64,000 bases of DNA from Octopus sinensis (Eukaryota): positions 90,086,001-90,150,000 of the forward strand of contig NC_043001.1 of NCBI RefSeq assembly GCF_006345805.1, in the 5' to 3' direction. Of the stretch, positions 24,151 through 36,231 are shown piece by piece. A program made the translations under genes and the position numbers. Below the pieces are notes generated by a model, which did not search any database, was not told the origin of the DNA, and worked only from the letters and a program-made list of their open reading frames with translations. Each line of letters opens with the position of its first letter. Position 1 is the stretch's first letter.

Positions 24151-25832
24151 GCTGGAACGAGCGTCACGTAATAACATTACTGTTTTCAATGTGGATGATC
24201 ACATATATTTACTCCTTTTCTTTCTTTTACTTGTTTCACTAACTAGAATACGGCCAAGCTGTAGCATTAAAGAAATCTTTATTTTCAGTTAAAATTTTGC
24301 GTATTTCGTAATGAAAAAATAATATATTCATAATAAAGATTTCTTGCATTGTTACAAGTTCGCAAGTCTTAAGCGAGAAATGTAGCTGATTTCATCAATT
24401 CCAGTGCTTAAATGGAATATATTTTGTTGAAGGGCGAGGGACAATGTGGAAACCAACGAAACTCAAACTGGGAACTAGAGCTTTATCGCAGAATAGCACT
24501 GGAATTTTGCATTGAGATTCATCTTTAGTGACTCTGTTCCAAATAATTGTTGAAACCATTTTACTTTCTCATATACCACTAATGCATTCGAAAAATTCAT
24601 GAATATTATATCTCATTTTATCTGGATTAGAAATCTAGAGTTTTGTGCTCCGTCTGAAAAAGAGAATCGATAATACAAAATAAGGAAGAATAATTTTCTT
24701 TTTATATTAATTTCATTCAAACCAGAAATAACACCAAACAAATATTATTTAAATCAAAGAGGAAGGAAGAGAAAAATATTGCGGCAAGCTGAGTAGCAAT
24801 TCAGGACAAACAGGAATCAACGAGTTCACTGGATAACACGAATCGATAATGAGCCAGGCAACTGATAAAAGTTCACGACGATATTGATTTCTGACGTCAT
24901 TGCCAAGCGGCATTTACATTTATTATTCGGGAAAAGCCACGATATAACAAAAATTGCGGAATTCCGCATGCCAACGAGGAACAACCTAAACAGATGAGTT
25001 GAGTGTGCTATTTTTATACGCTTTTCTTATTAGACGCAGAAAGATAGACCGATGGAAAAAGGAAAGAAAGAATAGATAAACTGAACATTATGAAAAGAAT
25101 TAGAACACTGTAAATAATTATTGGAGAGTGATGGTATGATGCTGTACATAGGAAAAGCTGAAACTAGGAAAAAATGCGTTTAAGAGAAACCTAGAAATAC
25201 AACAACTGATTACCCTTCAATTATATTCCTTATTCAATTACCTCTCGTTTCATTTTTGGCCTCGCTTCTGAGTCCCACCTCTTCCCTTTCCTTTTCTACA
25301 CCTCGCCATCCTTCATCGATTGTATTCTTCTTAGGTAATTCTAGCTCGCATCAGTTGGCATGTTGAAACCTTTGCAATCAATATTGACCAATCAATTCGA
25401 GCGATAATAAATTAGTACCATCAAACTTACACCAAATCGATTACATTGTCTTACGTTATTTCTCAAAATTTGCTTCGTTAGTTCGGCAGGTGATTGGAAT
25501 CATCGATTAGTATTATCTCTTATACAACTCGATCGATGTACTCTGTTTTTTTCCTTTCTTTACTTCCTTAAGGAGTTGGCCAATTTCTACAGTACTTAGA
25601 TTATGTTTGGTTATATTATTATTTTATTTACTTGTTTCAGTCATTGGACTGTTGCCTGTGCTGGGGCACCGTATTGAAGGGTTTAATCAAACAAACGCCT
25701 TTTCTTTAGTACTTTATTAAAAAAAAATCTGGCATTCATTCCATCAGTTTCTCTTTTTGCCGAGTAACGGGGACATCAACAAATCAACGGAAGTTGTGAA
25801 GGGGAAAAGGGACCAACACAATAACACGCATA

Positions 25833-26885
25833 CGAGGGCGGGCTGAAAATTTCCTTGGCTGACCATGAAGGAGTCGTCATGTTATCAAGTATCTGCAGGA
25901 AAAGGGTTTAGCCCCAAGAACATTTATGCTGATATGGTTGCAACATTAAGGGATGACGTTCAAGCTTTATCATCAGTGCCAAAGTGGGCTGCAGAATTTA
26001 GGAGAGGAAGGGAGAATCTTGAAGATGACCCAATGTCTGGACGTCCTGGCAATGCCGCCAAGAATAACATTGACTATAAATCAAATAGACAATGCTCATA
26101 GCATTTATCGCGACAGAGTTAAGAATATTCTGCACAATGAAATTGGTATGACAAAGGTTTCTGCTTGGTGGGTGCCATGTCTTCTGACATCTGATCAAAA
26201 TTACACCAGGAAGATCACATCACAGGAAAATCTGACATTATTTCAAGCATTTCCAGCTGGTTTGTTTGGATGTTTCCTAACCTAGGATGAGTGTTGGCTT
26301 CATCACTTTGAGTCAGAGACAAAGAGATAATCCATGCAGTAGAAATACCCCTCTTCGCCTACTCCAAAGAAGGCCAAGGTCGTTTCATTTGCAGGGAAGG
26401 TGGCCTTAGTTTTTTGCGATATAAAAATATTGTGTTTATTCAAAATGGCCACATCATCAATGAAGAGTATCATGCCATCTTGTTGAAGCAGTTACGAAAG
26501 GCTATGAAGACCAAAGCGCTCAGGAACTGATGAAAGGGCTTTGCTTCACCAGCACACAAGTCCTTGGGTTCAATGGACGCTGTATGTGATTGTGGCTCTG
26601 AACTTGTTGATATGCCTCCCTATTCTCCTGATTTGGCCCCATCTGACTATCATTTGTTCTGCAACTTGATGAAACACCTGGCTGGGAACAAGTGACGTAG
26701 TGACGATGACGTCATGTCTGCTGTTGAATGTTTCGAAAGCTTCTTCATCAATGGGATTCACGCACTGCAACACCGATGGAAGAAGAGTATGGACCACAAG
26801 GGAGACTATGTTGAAAAACAAACCTCATTCGATCACATTCCACAAAAGAATCTTATCAGCCTATGAACGTTTCAGTCGACCCTCG
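25833..26885 (+). mobile_element. Decayed mariner transposon with both TIRs and a frameshifted transposase
   Basis: TIRs TA|CGAGGGCGGGCTGAAAATTTCCTTGGCTGA and TCAGCCTATGAACGTTTCAGTCGACCCTCG. Motifs EDDPMSGRP, MTKVSAWWVPCLLT, DECWLHHF and PPYSPDLAPSDYHLF match mariner DDPRSGRP, WVP(R/H)xL, DETW and YSPDLAPSDYxLF. Confidence 0.92.
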
Positions 26886-26974
26886 TGTATGTATGTGTGT
26901 GTATACAGTTCCAGATTTTTACAGTTCCAGTGATGGACTGGACCTGTAGTCTTCAAATTAGCATTCTCCTTTCT

Positions 26975-27018
26975 GGTTTATGTATGTATGTATGTATGTA
27001 TGTATGTATGTATGTATG

Positions 27019-27063
<45 letters not shown>

Positions 27064-27260
27064 GTCTGTCTGTCTGTCTGTTTGTCTATTTATATATGTA
27101 TATATATTTATGCATATGTGTATGTATATGTGTATGTACATATATATATGCATATGCATATGTGTATGTATATTTATGAAGATACCTAAATACATACTTA
27201 CATACATGCATACATACATACATACATACATACATACATACATACATACATACATGCATA
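26975..27260. repeat. Compound (TATG)n/(TATC)n/(TGTC)n/(TACA)n microsatellite
   Basis: Read directly. Confidence 0.95.
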
Positions 27261-27549
27261 CATATACCTTTCGTGTGTATATTTACACACGCTAACGCTT
27301 CTAGAATATTTTAAATGTTCTTTTCACATTGCAATTTTAATTTTTCTAACTAGTCGCGTTCTTTCTGGTTTTGTGATGCCTACCATTCCAAGATTGGTAC
27401 TGAAACTATTAATTATTAGTTACATATTCAGTTACTCCGATAATTACTGGTATTCTTCTCTGTCATAAAGTAAATGGAGCGAGCATCAGCAAAGTTTTCA
27501 TTAGCTCGGCAATAAATGTTTCCTAATGTGTTTTACTCTATGTTTCTCT

Positions 27550-27720
27550 CATTAGACTGTCGCCATGCTGGAGCACCGCCTGGAAGTGTCTAGTCGAAGA
27601 AATCGACTCCAGTATCTAGTCTTGAAAGTCTGGTACTTTTTCTATTGGTCATTTTGCCGAACCGCTATGTAATGGGGACGTGAACAAACCAGTACCATTT
27701 GTCAAGTAGTGAAACAAACA
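27550..27720 (-). mobile_element. SINE family B 3' half, diverged
   Basis: CCATGCTGGAGCACCGCC..TTTTGCCGAACCGCTA..GGGGACGTGAACAAACCAG matches the complement of the family B tail. Confidence 0.7.
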
Positions 27721-28006
27721 CACAGAGGCACACACTCATACACGCACACACACATACACACAAATGCATACACACTCTTTCTCTAAGTACTATATGTATG
27801 TATGCATGCAAGCATGCCTATATGCATATCAGTATTTCATGTATGTACGTATGTATGCTTGTATGCATGCATGGTCGTAGGCATCATATATATAAGAATG
27901 TATGTATGTTTGTATGCATATAGGTATATATATATATGTGAATATATATATATATATATATGTGTGTATACACACACACACACACACACCACACACACAC
28001 ACACAC

Positions 28007-28068
<62 letters not shown>

Positions 28069-28097
28069 ATATACATATACATACATAGATATATATG

Positions 28098-28320
28098 GGC
28101 GGCGATCTGGCAGAAACGTTAGCGCACCGGGCGAAATGCTTAGCGGTATTTCGTCTGTCGTTACGTTCTAAGTTCAAATTCCGCCGAGGTCGACTTTGGC
28201 CTTTCATCCTTTCGGGGTCGATAAATTAAGTACTAGTTACACACTGGGGCCGATGTAATCGACTTAATCCTTTTGTTTGTCCCCTCTGTGTTTAGCCCCT
28301 TGTGGGTAATAAAGAAATAT
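28098..28320 (+). mobile_element. SINE family A, full-length
   Basis: Head GGCGGCGATCTGGCAGAAACG, B box AAGTTCAAATTCC, tail GGGTAATAAAGAAATA. Confidence 0.9.
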
Positions 28321-29379
28321 ATATATGCATACATACGAGGTATGTATGCATATATGAATATATCAATGTATTTATGTATGTACGCATTTACGTGTATATC
28401 TGTCCGTATTTATGCATATGCACATAGTTGTGTATGCATCTATACTGATAGTTATATGAGAGAGAGGGGGAAGCGGGAGAGAGAGGGGGGAGAAAGAAAG
28501 AGAGAGAGTACTGATGTAAATCTTTCAATAAAACTGAAAATAAATTTAGACAGTGTGGCGCATCACGTCCATTAAAATAAGCTTTAGCTTTCGCAGATTT
28601 TCTTTTATGAATAGACTGTTACACATGTATACACAATAACATTACACACTCACAATCAATTATATATATATATATATACACATGCATACATACAAACACA
28701 CACAAATATATATGTCTGTATAGATATATCTATATATGTATCTATATATATATTAAAAATAGAGGCATATTTTATATATATATATATATGTTTGTGTCTG
28801 TATATATACATATACATACATACATACATACATACATACATACATACATACATACATACAGACAGACAGACAGACAGACACACACACATACAGACACACA
28901 GTCACATACACGTTCACACAATCTTTTTATGCCATGAAACAGATATGACATCAGTAGTCTTCTCTGTGCATACTAGCACACTATTTTCACTGTATCCATG
29001 TGTATATCTTGCATATATGCATGCATATAGATATACTAATGTATTTCACGTGCAATCGAGTTATTCTCACAATCGTTGACTGTAAGTGGCAGAGAGGAGG
29101 CAGTGAGATGAAAAATGCCATCAAATGCTTTTGTTGTTACGCCTAAATGACTACTATGCCCAAAGACGTTCCCACCGCGGCCATCTCGTCTTATATTAAG
29201 GCATAGAGTATCTAAGACTACATTATCTTATATGTTTTCCATTGAATGAGAGACTGTGTTTTGATGAAGACTGGCTGTCATTTCTAGTTGCTTGGGTAAC
29301 CACATCGAAGCTCCCATGTTGATTCGTGCTTTTGTTGTGCTTTACTTAATCACATCTCATCACATCTTTTGATAAGTAA

Positions 29380-29445
29380 GTATATACATACATGCATACA
29401 TACATACACACATGTATGTATGTATGTATGTATATATGTATGTAC

Positions 29446-29476
<31 letters not shown>

Positions 29477-29522
29477 TATGTATTATATATATATAGATGT
29501 ATATATATATATATGTATATGT

Positions 29523-29554
<32 letters not shown>

Positions 29555-29556
29555 GT

Positions 29557-29638
<82 letters not shown>

Positions 29639-29650
29639 GTGTGTGTGTGT

Positions 29651-29683
<33 letters not shown>

Positions 29684-29684
29684 T
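29380..29684. repeat. Compound (TACA)n/(TATG)n/(TA)n/(TG)n microsatellite
   Basis: Read directly. Confidence 0.95.
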
Positions 29685-30215
29685 TTAAGGGCGCACAAGA
29701 TATAAGGACGCACAACTGTGTCCTTATACCTCAAACAAGGGAGCTAATGTCCCCACTCAGCCTTAAACGGGTACCAGCTGGAAAAAAGATGTTTTCTTGG
29801 GCTAGTAACATCATCCTAATCTGGACTGCCACTTTACGTTAGCAAATAGATTTTACTCTGCAGTACTGTTACTACTTATTTCTCGCTCAGAGATTTAAAA
29901 CTAATTGTTTTTCATCTTTATGAGATTAGTGACTGTGTGTCACTTTAAAAGTATATACCTCGAACAAGGCCTGATGCTGCTATCTCTAGCCAATGGTTAT
30001 CTTTTGCCGATGAAGAGAAATAACTCAGAAACCATGGTCCGCAGATACCGTTTAAGACTGAATAGGGACATTAGCTCCCTTGTTCGAGATATAAGGACGC
30101 AGATGTGCGTCGGTAGCCAGCTGGAAAAGATGTTTTCTTGGGCCTAACTCTAACCCTAACCCTAACTCTAACGTTCTAATCAGGACTGCCACTTTACGTT
30201 GGCAAATAGATTTTA

Positions 30216-30217
<2 letters not shown>
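29685..30217. repeat. Unclassified rearranged repeat with TTAA-bounded inverted blocks and telomere-like hexamers
   Basis: Block 29726-29766 is the reverse complement of 30052-30093. Block CCAGCTGGAAAA..GATGTTTTCTTGGGC..GGACTGCCACTTTACGTT.GCAAATAGATTTTACTCT occurs at about 29775-29859 and 30117-30217. (CTAACC/CTAACT)n lies at 30143-30172. Confidence 0.6.
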
Positions 30218-30292
<75 letters not shown>

Positions 30293-32184
30293 TGTGTGGT
30301 TTTCTAACTGGCAAACATCGATAAGAGCATTCACATGACATATTGCTACAGTTATCATATAGGAGCGATTCGGCCATTCATCATACGTCTGATCCATGGA
30401 GGGCGATTTGGTGCTAAACAACAACTATAACAACGGTAACAACATATTTGTTCGCGTTACGAAACCTTTAAATAGAGAGGAGCTTCCCAAGGTTTGCAAA
30501 TATAAATTACGTTGTTTTCCAAACAACAACTTCATGCAGTTCGTCACTGAGATCATTATATATCGTGGGTTACACTGTCGAGTTTGTTAAGGCACCTAAC
30601 TAAAAGGACCTGATCAGCAGAAGTTTCACAAATTATCATTGGAACAATATGTTTATCAGGACCACGTTACTGACTCAGTTACAAAAATCTAGAGGAACTA
30701 AAAAGTAGTTTGAGTGTATCGAAAGTGAAATATCGAGGGAGCTTCTGGTAAATACACCAAAGAGCAAATAGCTACAAGAACTAACAAAGATTGCAGAGAA
30801 ACCATAGAGAAACATGGATAACTTCTAGAAATACTCGCCAGTGATACAGACGGGTGCTATAGGTTCGCGGTAAGCTTTACAAATAAGTTAGTCATACAAT
30901 AAGGCATGTTCTAGATGCAGTAGATTGTATTCTACATGCAATCCTAAATGGCCCACATTTCATCAGTCTTCGACCTAGCGTCGAAGGCAATTGTTATGTC
31001 GTGTGTAAAAGGTCAGGCTGTCTATAGTAAACTTCGTTCCGTCGCCTTTTAATAGGAAAATATAACGATTAAGATGTGGAGACACATTAATGCAAATTGT
31101 GCGATGAGGGAAAACTGTAACGAGTGATTTAAAAGATATATTGCTGCTGTGGGTCTTCAGTTCCATTTTATCTTTGATTGTAGAAACCAATGATCAATTC
31201 TTATTTAAGGTATAAGGTATCATGAACTGCTTCATCCAATGTATTCTTTTTTTATTTCAGAAAATTTTGCAGGTCCAATAACCAAGTAGATGCTTTCTTA
31301 TTGTTTTTTCTTCTTTTAATCTTAAGGCTAACTGCACGGCGAACTGGAGATCAAAAATGGTTGTACCTTTATCACTTCAGATAAGGGAGCTGTCATTGTG
31401 ATGATAGATGAAGAAACTGTTAAGAGGTTAGTTAACTGACGCTTGTGATAGTTTTCTACACGGAAGAAGTTATACGTGACCACATTATTGGTGACATCAG
31501 TTGTAACCGCAGTAGCAACGGCAGTAACAAGGTCACTCGATATGTTAAAAATAGCAATCAAATCTCTTTTCATTCACATACCGTATCATCTTAAAACTAG
31601 AAAGACACGTTGATGAATGTAGTGTTAGATATACAAAGAAGAGATATTGGTTATGGCTGGAATGTTTCTCGCTATAGTTCTGATATATGAAGAGTAATCT
31701 GGTGCTGAACAATAACAATAACAACAGCAACAGCAATAACAGGAGTGAGAATAGTAGCAACTACTGCAATAGTAACAACCAGAAAAGAAATACTGGCGTT
31801 TAATAATACTGTTTCTGATGACAAATGTCACATCGGCCGAGGTTGTTGTAGTAGCAGCGAATGTATAGATACCATCTGGTAGCACGATCGCTGCAGTAAA
31901 AGCAGAAGTGCAAACTGCAGCGGCAGCAGCAATAGCAGCAATAGCAGCAAAGATCCAGTGAAATCAGCAGCGGCAGCAACAGCAACAATAGTAGCCAAAA
32001 CTGTAACAACACTGGTATCGAATTATAGAATTTAGAATGGTAATGTACTGGAAAATATTTGGCATAAACAACAGTATCTCCTTCTTCCGTAGACATGCGT
32101 TTGGCACGACCAGAAACACGCTACATATAACGTTTATTATGCGATCTGTGATATTGTTCCAACATTATGCCTTTTAAAGCTAGT

Positions 32185-32407
32185 AATAATTTCTGATTTA
32201 GGCACAAAGCCAGCAGTTTGGTGAGGAGGAGACTGTCAGGGGATACCATCGACTGCAGTACTTGACTGATTACTTTATTTTGTCAATCCCGAAAGGATGA
32301 AAGGCAAAGTTAACCTTGGCGGGATTTGAAGTCAGAAAGCAAAGAGTCTGAAGAAATATCGCAAAGCATCTTTTCCGATGTCCTTACGATTCTGCCAGTT
32401 CGCCGCC
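32185..32407 (-). mobile_element. SINE family A, diverged
   Basis: CCCGAAAGGATGAAAGGCAAAGTTAACCTTGGCGGGATTTGAAGTC..CTGCCAGTTCGCCGCC. Confidence 0.8.
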
Positions 32408-32627
32408 CTTTTTAAAGTTAACAATATTTGCGATCTCTGCTCCTCACAAGAAAAGCAAATGATGCTAACGAATTTCATCCTGGATTCCCTGTTGTAGTCT
32501 AAAGTTTTCTTTAAAAATATTCTTGAGAGGGAGAATCAAACTCTAGTAGATGATGATTAAACAAAGGGAAAGGACATTATTTACATTATTTACATTTGAC
32601 GGATATTTGTCCTCATCTTACTTGTTG

Positions 32628-32726
32628 CCCACGGGCATATGGCGCAGTGGTTAAGAGCACGGGCTACTAACCTCAAGATTCCGTGTTCGATTCCAATCAG
32701 TGACCTGAATAATAATAATAATAATA

Positions 32727-32759
<33 letters not shown>

Positions 32760-33001
32760 TAATAATGAAAACAACATCTATTCATGAATTTATTTAAGTA
32801 TCAATTTTTTTTTAATACATATTTTACCTGTGAATTTGCGTGTGTAATCTGGGAATGCATACAATGAACTTCTCTGCCCTAGGTGTACGGAAAACACTCG
32901 GCGAGAAATGGAAGAAAATTTGAAGAAAGAAGGAAAAAAACAATAACAACAACAACAACAACAACAACAATAACAATAATAATAATAACAACAACAACAA
33001 C

Positions 33002-33050
<49 letters not shown>

Positions 33051-33193
33051 GAACTAGTGAGTTTAGTTTAATGGCCTACCAATGTATACTATGAGTTTCT
33101 TTGCCCTAGGAGTCGGGAAGACACTCGGCAAGAAATGGAAGCAAATTTGAAAGAAGAAAAAAAGATAACAATAATAATAATAATAACAACAAC

Positions 33194-33230
<37 letters not shown>

Positions 33231-33233
33231 TAA

Positions 33234-33286
<53 letters not shown>

Positions 33287-33492
33287 TAATAATAATAATA
33301 AAATAATTACATCGAAATATACCTTAGGAATGAGAACCCAGGTTCGAAATTTCCTCAAGACACCTGATGAAGGCTAGAGAGTATATCAGCCGAAATGTTG
33401 TGTTAACAACAAACAAGATGAAGACAAATATCCGTCAAATGTAAATAATGTAAATAATGTCCATAATTCCTCATCTTTTAAATATAGAACTG
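32628..33492 (+). mobile_element. tRNA-headed SINE (family H) with internal (AAT)n and a 3' tail carrying a PLE-type hammerhead motif; interrupted by nested insertions
   Basis: A box TGGCGCAGTGG (32640-32650), anticodon-loop-like GGG-CTACTAA-CCT, B box GTTCGATTCC (32685-32694), then (AAT)n. The tail at 33308-33492 contains ACAC-CTGATGA-A-GGCT..AGCC-GAAA-TG-TT-GTGT (33360-33403). Joining head and tail into one element is an inference from the continuous (AAT)n linker and my memory of this repeat. Confidence 0.7.
32846..33310 (+). mobile_element. Two 5'-truncated copies of the same retroelement 3' end, each tailed by (AAC/AAT)n
   Basis: ATGCATACAATGAACTTCTCTGCCCTAGGTGTACGGAAAACACTCGGCGAGAAATGGAAGAAAATTTGAAG (about 32856-32926) aligns with ATGTATACTATGAGTTTCTTTGCCCTAGGAGTCGGGAAGACACTCGGCAAGAAATGGAAGCAAATTTGAAAG (about 33082-33153). 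Both run into A-rich then (AAT)n tracts. Confidence 0.65.
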
Positions 33493-33755
33493 AAAGGAAA
33501 AGGATTCTACTATCTCCTCTAATCTAGTCCAACCGATTCCCTTATCTTTCCACAATTAATTACTTAACATTGAGTCCATTTCAAAGGCTGAACAACACCC
33601 ACTTGTCCAGTTGGGACGTTTTATGAACTCTCCCTCACATCAACTAAGGTTTTGACTAATCATTAGACAGTAAATTAGCAAAGGTTTTGGAGACATTTTG
33701 GCTTTAATTTGCTACAAACAAAATATAACTGGAAGACAAGATATACAGCTTAGGT

Positions 33756-33802
<47 letters not shown>

Positions 33803-33989
33803 ATGAAGTGCGACACATCAATATGGGTCCCGCAAACATAACCTAGCGTCCCACCTCTATTGGGAGAAGGATGGAGGTATCAAGTAAAAAATGTCTACAT
33901 AAAGAAGGGTTAGGATGTGTTGTGTTGCTCTGAAGTATCCTTAGAATTTCAGGTATTGATGATGCTAAATTTACAATTAGATCATATTA

Positions 33990-34200
33990 AGGATGGTGAG
34001 CTGGCAGAATCGTTATATGGCGTCTTTGTGGAAGTTGTTCCGGATCTTTATATTCTGAGTTCATATCCTGCCGCGGTCAACTTTGTTTTTCATGCCTCCG
34101 GGATCGAGAAAATAAAGTACCAACCTAATAAAGTGGTTGGTGGTCTCGATCAACAGCCTCCCTTCAAAATTACTAGCCTTGCGTCGGTATTAGAAACCAT
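33990..34200 (+). mobile_element. SINE family A, diverged
   Basis: GGATGGTGAGCTGGCAGAATCGTTA..GAGTTCATATCC..GGTCAACTTTGTTTTTCATGCCTCCGGGATCGAG. Confidence 0.75.
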
Positions 34201-34479
34201 TATACGGTCATGTTTGTCATGATTCTATAGTGATAACAAAGGGTCCTATTTTAATGTTAGGTAGTCGACAAATCCGTACATTAAAGGACCATTTAAGGAC
34301 TTATTGCTTCACAAAAAAGTGAAACCGAAATAATTACTCACTCCAACAGTAATAACAAGAATATATATGATCACTGCAGCGAAATCAGCCATAAAGTGAA
34401 CGACAGCAATAATAAGAGCAATAAAAAATCCATTACTAGATGCACGCAAAAAACAGTGATTGTAGACGGCACAAGTTCT

Positions 34480-34662
34480 CAGACTGGGGAAACATGGGGT
34501 GAATATCTAGACCCTAGTTCTCAACTAGTACTTATTTTGTCGATCCCGAAAGGACGTAAGACAAAGTCGACCTCGGTAGAACTTGAACTTAGAATGTAAA
34601 GACGGACGAAATGCCGCCATGTATTTTGCCCGGCGCGGTAACGATTCTGCCAGCTCGTCGTC
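34480..34662 (-). mobile_element. SINE family A, diverged
   Basis: GATCCCGAAAGGACGTAAGACAAAGTCGACCTCGGTAGAACTTGAACTTAG..CTGCCAGCTCGTCGTC. Confidence 0.8.
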
Positions 34663-36231
34663 TTACACTTTATAATACATGACACAACCCTATAACTTCA
34701 AGTCAGACAGTCAGAAGACAAATATGCTTCACCTACACATCTAAAGCTGTGATTCTCAACGAGGGTCTACATGACACTTGGAGATCCATATAAGATTTAG
34801 TTGTAAAAATTTATGTGTAGGTGCAGGAGTGGTTGTGTGGCAAGTAGCTCGCATTTTTCATGCTGCTTGGAAGTCACGTCTTTCGACGTGAAAAATTGAA
34901 CACTTGAAGCACGACCACAGGTAAAGCATTTGTTTTTTGGGGGGCTTAGTGAAGTCTGTTGTCTGTATGGTTAACATTTTTTTTTCGAACAAGGATCTTC
35001 ACTGAGTTCCAGGCATTTCTTTGCCAGTGGTCGTACTAAAAGACTAACTTTTAGTGAGAATTGTGTGTGTTTTCGGGAGGCGTGTCCGTCCGAAATTTTT
35101 TTGGAATTCTCTTTGACTGTGTTTGTGCCCTTTCAAGTGGATTTTTACCATAAAGGATAGGAGTACAGCCGGAGTTGGACGGAATATCATTTGTGCTGCG
35201 AAGGACTACCAGTTTGGATTACCAGTAGCAGAATTGTGTTGTGTTGTGTTGCCATTTTGGACTATCTTCCTTCGCTCTTTCTTCTCCTGTCTGTCTTCCT
35301 GATCTTTTTTGTGTTTCTTTATAGACTTAAAAAGAAAAAAGAAGAGAAAAAAGAAAAACGGGGCATTGCCGGCGGCGGCATGTCCCGAAACCCCTTCGGT
35401 GGTATGTGTGCAAAAGGAGGGAGGAAAGAAGATAACCTCGTGAGTAGGATGTGTTCTACCGAGTTGAGGCCCCTTCCAGTGAAAGTAGTGAAGAATATAT
35501 GTTCTGCTATCTCAGGGGAGGGGCTATTGACAGCTTTGTGGAGAATGGTATGGATAGTCGGGTCCTGAGTGAACCGAATTGTATTGACAGCCCAGAGTGG
35601 CCTTCGCAGGTGGCTGCTCTGGTACTGGAAAGAAAGTACTGTGATCTACTACTACTACCCTCATAAACGCATACATTGATTACATTACACTTAACCTTCA
35701 AAGCGATAACATCAACCCACAAGCAAACGAGATTAGAACTTTCAGGATAGCGACATACTTTTGCTTCACTGAAAAAGACGACACAAATAGATAGACTATA
35801 AAACAAATATTAAGCATCGTTTAGCTGGGCCATTAAAAAGCTGTGTTAGGACTCGCGTGTGAGAGCTCGCATATACGATAAAAATGGGCAATGATTTTAA
35901 TCTGCAAATATGAAAAAAAGAAAACAGTAAAACTTTCTGACCTCGTGACAAAACTGCATAATTTGTTGGCACATAAAAGTGTCATGTCATACAGGTTACA
36001 CTAAGCATTGGCCTAGATACCTCAGGAACATTAAACGCTAGTAGAGTGTTCAGAAACCTGTAAATCGCTCGTGTAATGAGACATGTGTCTAACCTCGTTC
36101 AACAGTGCCCTCCACTCGGTTCTTCTTCCCCAGATGAATATATGCAAGCATGTCCGTAATCTATAAATATGTGAACACACAAACGCATATACACATACAT
36201 GTACATGTGTACGTGTGCTTGAATATACATA

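Noticed and set aside
24892-24899. TGACGTCA (CRE palindrome) in non-repeat DNA
   Set aside because: One 8-mer is expected by chance about once per 65 kb, and no promoter or gene context is visible.
32628-32710. tRNA gene call for the tRNA-like sequence
   Set aside because: A and B boxes are present, but the acceptor stem does not close and the sequence runs into (AAT)n, so it is a SINE head. The same applies to the family A, B and C heads.
34840-35670. Possible gag/ORF1 relics (minus-strand KCFTCGR; plus-strand MSRNPFGG..ELRPLPVKVV)
   Set aside because: The zinc-knuckle-like motif lacks its His and second Cys pair, and the ORF1 resemblance is impressionistic; it needs a profile search.
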